A stretch of DNA of 61,553 bases, the filler included, from Choristocarpus tenellus KU-1152 (Eukaryota > Protista > Phaeophyceae): the NCBI GenBank assembly GCA_964200185.2. It is 11 parts of 11 records of this genome, joined end to end, with 100 filler letters (N's around TTAATTAATTAA, not from the genome) between each part and the next. Parts side by side here need not be neighbours in the genome. Positions count along the whole stretch, not along the records: positions 57,855 to 61,553 come from CAXNAD020018440.1; 10 more parts are not named here. The stretch is one strand, 5' to 3'. Below are positions 57,755-61,553 of the stretch, piece by piece (position 1 is the first letter of the stretch; each line of letters starts with the position of its first letter). Position numbers and translations under genes: made by a program. The notes beneath the pieces were generated by a model that worked only from the letters and a program-made list of their open reading frames with translations, made no database searches and was not told where the DNA came from.

Positions 57755-60075
57755 NNNNNNNNNNNNNNNNNNNNNNNNNNNNNNNNNNNNNNNNNNNNTT
57801 AATTAATTAANNNNNNNNNNNNNNNNNNNNNNNNNNNNNNNNNNNNNNNNNNNNACACTCTTTCCGATAAAAAAAAAAAAAAAAAGTTAATAAAAAAAAA
57901 AAAAAGGCAAGTAGCTTGGGCTTAATATATATATATATATAAATAAAGAAACGGAGATTCGACGACGATATATATATATATATATATATATTTATTTTAT
58001 TTTTTTCAACACGAGAGCGCCTTTTGGAGTGTGAGGTTATAGATTCGGTGGATGTGATTGGGCGGTGGGTGACATTCTAACACATGTCATTCCCGACGCA
58101 CCATCACAGATGACTCGGAACGGTGGTAGGCAGAAGACCCCCCGCACACGTCATCCCGAGAGCAATATGCATACACACAATTAACGCCGTGAGACATTAC
58201 GTGCTCGTCAATAAAAAAAAAATGGCAGGAAAGAAATTCATAAACCGTGGAGCAGTCAGTGAGTCATAAGAACCGCACGCTGAGGCCCGTCCCACTTGTA
58301 CCTATATACTACCTACATACTACCGAGATGACCAGGCACAGGTTTTGTAGTAGCAAGTGAGGCGTCTTCACGAAGCCACCTACCACCGGCAGGAGCGTCG
58401 GTCGTCGCAGTAGCAACGAGCAACTGTGCCGTGGTTCTGTGGGCCGAGCCGTCTTGGTGAAAACCCAGTCAGTTTCAAGACGCTCTGCGCCCCGGAAACC
58501 CACAACAAAGCCCACAGATAAGCAGTTGGTCATCCAGGCGGGCCCGACAAATATCCAAGACAAAATCCACCCGCGGTTTAGAGCCCCTCCGTCGACCCCG
58601 TCCGGGTTCAGTGCGGCCATACTGTTATTGTGTTCAGCAGTCATTCCAACTCGCGTTAAAGAGTTATTCTTCCTAGAAGTTTCTTCTCCAACGCTCCGAG
58701 CAAAATAAATATATTTTATGCGTGTACAAAATACACATTCCCACATCAAAACACTGGAGCTGTCCAAATACACCAAATGCGACTCACTCGCATGCTTAGA
58801 TTAGAGCCGGCGACATACATACGTACATACAAGGTGTGAGAATAAATAAATAGGGCCTCGATAAATCAACCGCCAACACATCGACCACCGGCACCGATTA
58901 GGAAATGGAAACAACACCAGGTACAGAGTGGGGAGCGGCAAAGACATGCACAGCATTGAGTTACATGTCTCCCTCGGGGAGAAGGAGCGAATGATAAATG
59001 GGTGACAGCACTGACTGCATTGTGGATGATGGGGTGCCTGGAGTGTCAAGACTCGGTGTAGTGTTTAAAAGACCAGAGATGCAAGAGGCTCTGTTCTGTC
59101 TGTTGACCTCATTTACACTTCGAGGTGCCTATGCAAAAGGAGACTCCGGAGGGCAATCATTTAATGTTCCTACTTGTCTGCATCTAAGATTCATTCGGGA
59201 GAAGCTGTTTTTTTCTTTTTTTCTCTTCCAAGTGGTTGCAACTCGGGCACCCGGGGGAGGAGGGTCGTCTTGTAGAGACCAAGTGCAGTCGAAACAGGGG
59301 AGTCGCCCACGTTGACGGGTCTCACAACTGGTGTATCAGGGCGATGAGTGTCTGGATGAGGAGATTCGACAGGGCGTGCTTGATACGACCGGTCCCATCA
59401 ATACGAATCGGGTATCGTAAGAGGCAGAAGCGAAAGCCCATCCTCAGCTCTCGATTAAGATTCCTCTTATCCACGTACCAAAAACAACGAGGTGGTATCA
59501 CCATCCCGACGCTGCGTGTCAGGAATCGAAGAGATCCTCCTCTACATTCAAGAGGCAATGTAACTGTTGCGAGAAGGGTCCGTGGTTTGACAGTTTCGGA
59601 GTCTCGAGAGAGTTTTTTTTTTTAATTTTAGTAATCAAGAAAAGAGAGATGGAGACGTTGCAAAAAGGGTGTTGATAAGCATACCTTGCTACTGCAAACT
59701 GAATGTACTTACTAAGCAGCCAAAGTGAGATGTGGAGGGTCCCGTAAATCTCAGCAGCACTCCCCTCCAAGATGCTTTGGCTCAAGGACGAAAGCATTAC
59801 TCACCTACCAGTTTAAATGACTGTAAAGCATAGTTATTTCACTACGTTCTTAACCAGAATTCAGTTGTCGGAATTTGGATCATTCAAATACCATACATAT
59901 TGTTCAGCTTGTAACAACACTACCAAAGAGTTTTGTCCTCCGATCCATATTAAAAATCAATTTACGAACCCAACAACAGACTCCATACGCAGCCACTCTG
60001 CATAGGCAGGTCGAGAGAGGATCCAAGGAAAATATTGCATCGGGGAGGGGATCATGGGGGAGGTGAAAGGTTTAC

Positions 60076-61334
60076 CTGGCAGGCAAAGTGGAGAGGTGTA
60101 GCCTGGTCGCTATTGCGAGCATCAACATGCGCCCCATTACTTAGCAGCAGCCTTGCCATTGCATTAGAGTAGGGTGGGGTACACACAGGGCGGTGGGGAA
60201 GGAGGTAAAAAAAAAGAGGCAATAAATTACCAGCAATACCTGTTGTTCCATTACTTACGTTGGGGTATATGCATGTGTACATGTGTGTAGGCAGTTTCCC
60301 TCTAAGTATCCTTCTCGCCAAAATGGACGAATGCAAGTACATCCGATTCCAATGATGAGATATGTAATGTGTATGTGTGACCTATCGAATGCTCCAAGGG
60401 TCTGATAGAGAGCATCACCTGATAAAGCGGGTTGCTTCTACTGTTGGTTCACAATTTGTATCGCAGGTGCTGCTCCTGCTCTTCCACACCTTAAAATGTC
60501 GACGTATCCCTGCTCCGAAGCAAAATGCAAAGGCGTGGACTGGAAGTGGCTTCGAGAGTCTACGTCTGCATTGTGTGCAAGAAGGAGCTTGGCGTAGTCA
60601 TGGTATCCTGCGTTACAGGCGAAATGCAAGGCCGTGAAAGAATCTTGATCCCTCTGATCTGGGTCTCCGCCCCTTTCGAAGTACAACCTATTGGTTATTA
60701 CGTGCAGGAGGTGGTGTTCAACCATCGTATCTCATTAGTTTGTTAACATGAATGCATTGATATCCTTCCACCTCGTTATCGACGGGTAACAATGTAGACA
60801 GTATACTATCTCTTATTCTCCGAGTCTAGACGGGTTCGGTTAGCTTTTCCCTTTCTTCAACTGTTGAAAACAACTGGCGGAATAAATTCCCGTATCTCAA
60901 GATGCACAGGCAAGGACGAAGCCCTTTGAAGCTAAAAGGCTGAGAAATCCAGATAATGAAACTGACGTTGAGTTGCAGGGTCATTGGTTGTGTGTGTCCC
61001 AGACCAGCCCATCGACTAACGACTTCATGATATGTGACTCCCCATGTGTGACATGTGGAAATTGAGTTGACACATCAGGACTAATGGACGTATGCTAAGG
61101 AGATGGGGTAAAGGAGAGTAAGTTATCCGATATGGTGTAGACATTGATAAGGGTAGTGTACATAGATGTTTGGGTGTCATGTTGAAGATGAAAAAATACT
61201 CCATAAAGAACATCCCCCTTCCCTTGCTATGAGCACAATCACGTAAAACCATCAATGCTGACCAAGAAACGTCACCTAAGAAGGGCAAGGTCTCCAGTTC
61301 TGGCAGCCCTGTGAGGATTGACAAATTCTGCCAT
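60076..61334 (-). CDS. Ankyrin-repeat protein, first three exons; 3' end unresolved
   Basis: Exons 61334-61276, 60687-60490 and 60151-60076 join in frame (GT-AG): MAEFVNPHRAARTGDLALLR|LYFERGGDPDQRDQDSFTALHFACNAGYHDYAKLLLAHNADVDSRSHFQSTPLHFASEQGYVDILR|LLLSNGAHVDARNSDQATPLHFACQ. Canonical TPLH..A...G......LL..GA.V motifs. Confidence 0.88.
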
Positions 61335-61553
61335 CACCCATCCAACAGAAGAAGCGGTCAAGTTGTAGGGTTCCTTCACCGTAATAATGGTGTTGTCAAT
61401 GGGGTTAATCGATTATTTATTAGTCCAAAAATAATATACATTTTAAATATGTACTAATAAGATGGAATTATTAGGATCAATATATATGTGACGGACAGGT
61501 CCCTTCGGGAGCTGATCTTAGTCCAAATACACATCCGCGCGCACACACAAAGG

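Noticed and set aside
4932-57854. Regularly recurring TTAATTAATTAA flanked by Ns as a biological motif
   Set aside because: Identical 44+12+44 structure ten times: an artificial all-frame-stop contig linker. No synteny was inferred across it.
58309-59800. Downstream exons of the ankyrin gene
   Set aside because: No candidate with the right phase continued the ankyrin pattern; left unannotated.

Overview
Eukaryotic, repeat-rich genomic DNA, not prokaryotic. The window is an artificial concatenation of 11 contig fragments joined by 100-nt spacers (N44-TTAATTAATTAA-N44), so adjacency across spacers means nothing. Spliceosomal introns, a TTAGGG telomere motif and a KIX-domain protein suggest a stramenopile, possibly a brown alga; this is inference only. 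Hand-built spliced gene models: (1) a complete 6-exon stand-alone KIX-like gene (33127-40265, +); (2) a divergent Arg/Asp-rich low-complexity gene with a probable GC-AG intron (31035-32752, -, 3' partial); (3) an ankyrin-repeat gene (60076-61334, -, 3' unresolved); (4) coiled-coil exon fragments near 1.4-2.4 kb; (5) a secreted precursor (48169-50532, +, 3' partial). Gene 5 is the most interesting. It is a signal-peptide exon followed by duplicated, all-phase-0 exons, most starting with Asp-Tyr and most ending in R-x-L-x, so it is a candidate exon-per-peptide prohormone-like polyprotein. The rest is mostly mobile DNA: three related MITE families with G(A/G)N(C/T)CAAA termini, 3-4 bp TSDs and nested insertions; a TGT...ACA LTR family including a solo LTR with a 4-bp TSD; decayed Copia, Tc1/mariner-type and possibly DIRS/Penelope remnants; minisatellites; and many short interstitial (TTAGGG)n tracts. 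No rRNA, tRNA or CRISPR array was recognised. Most ORFs in the supplied track are spurious.
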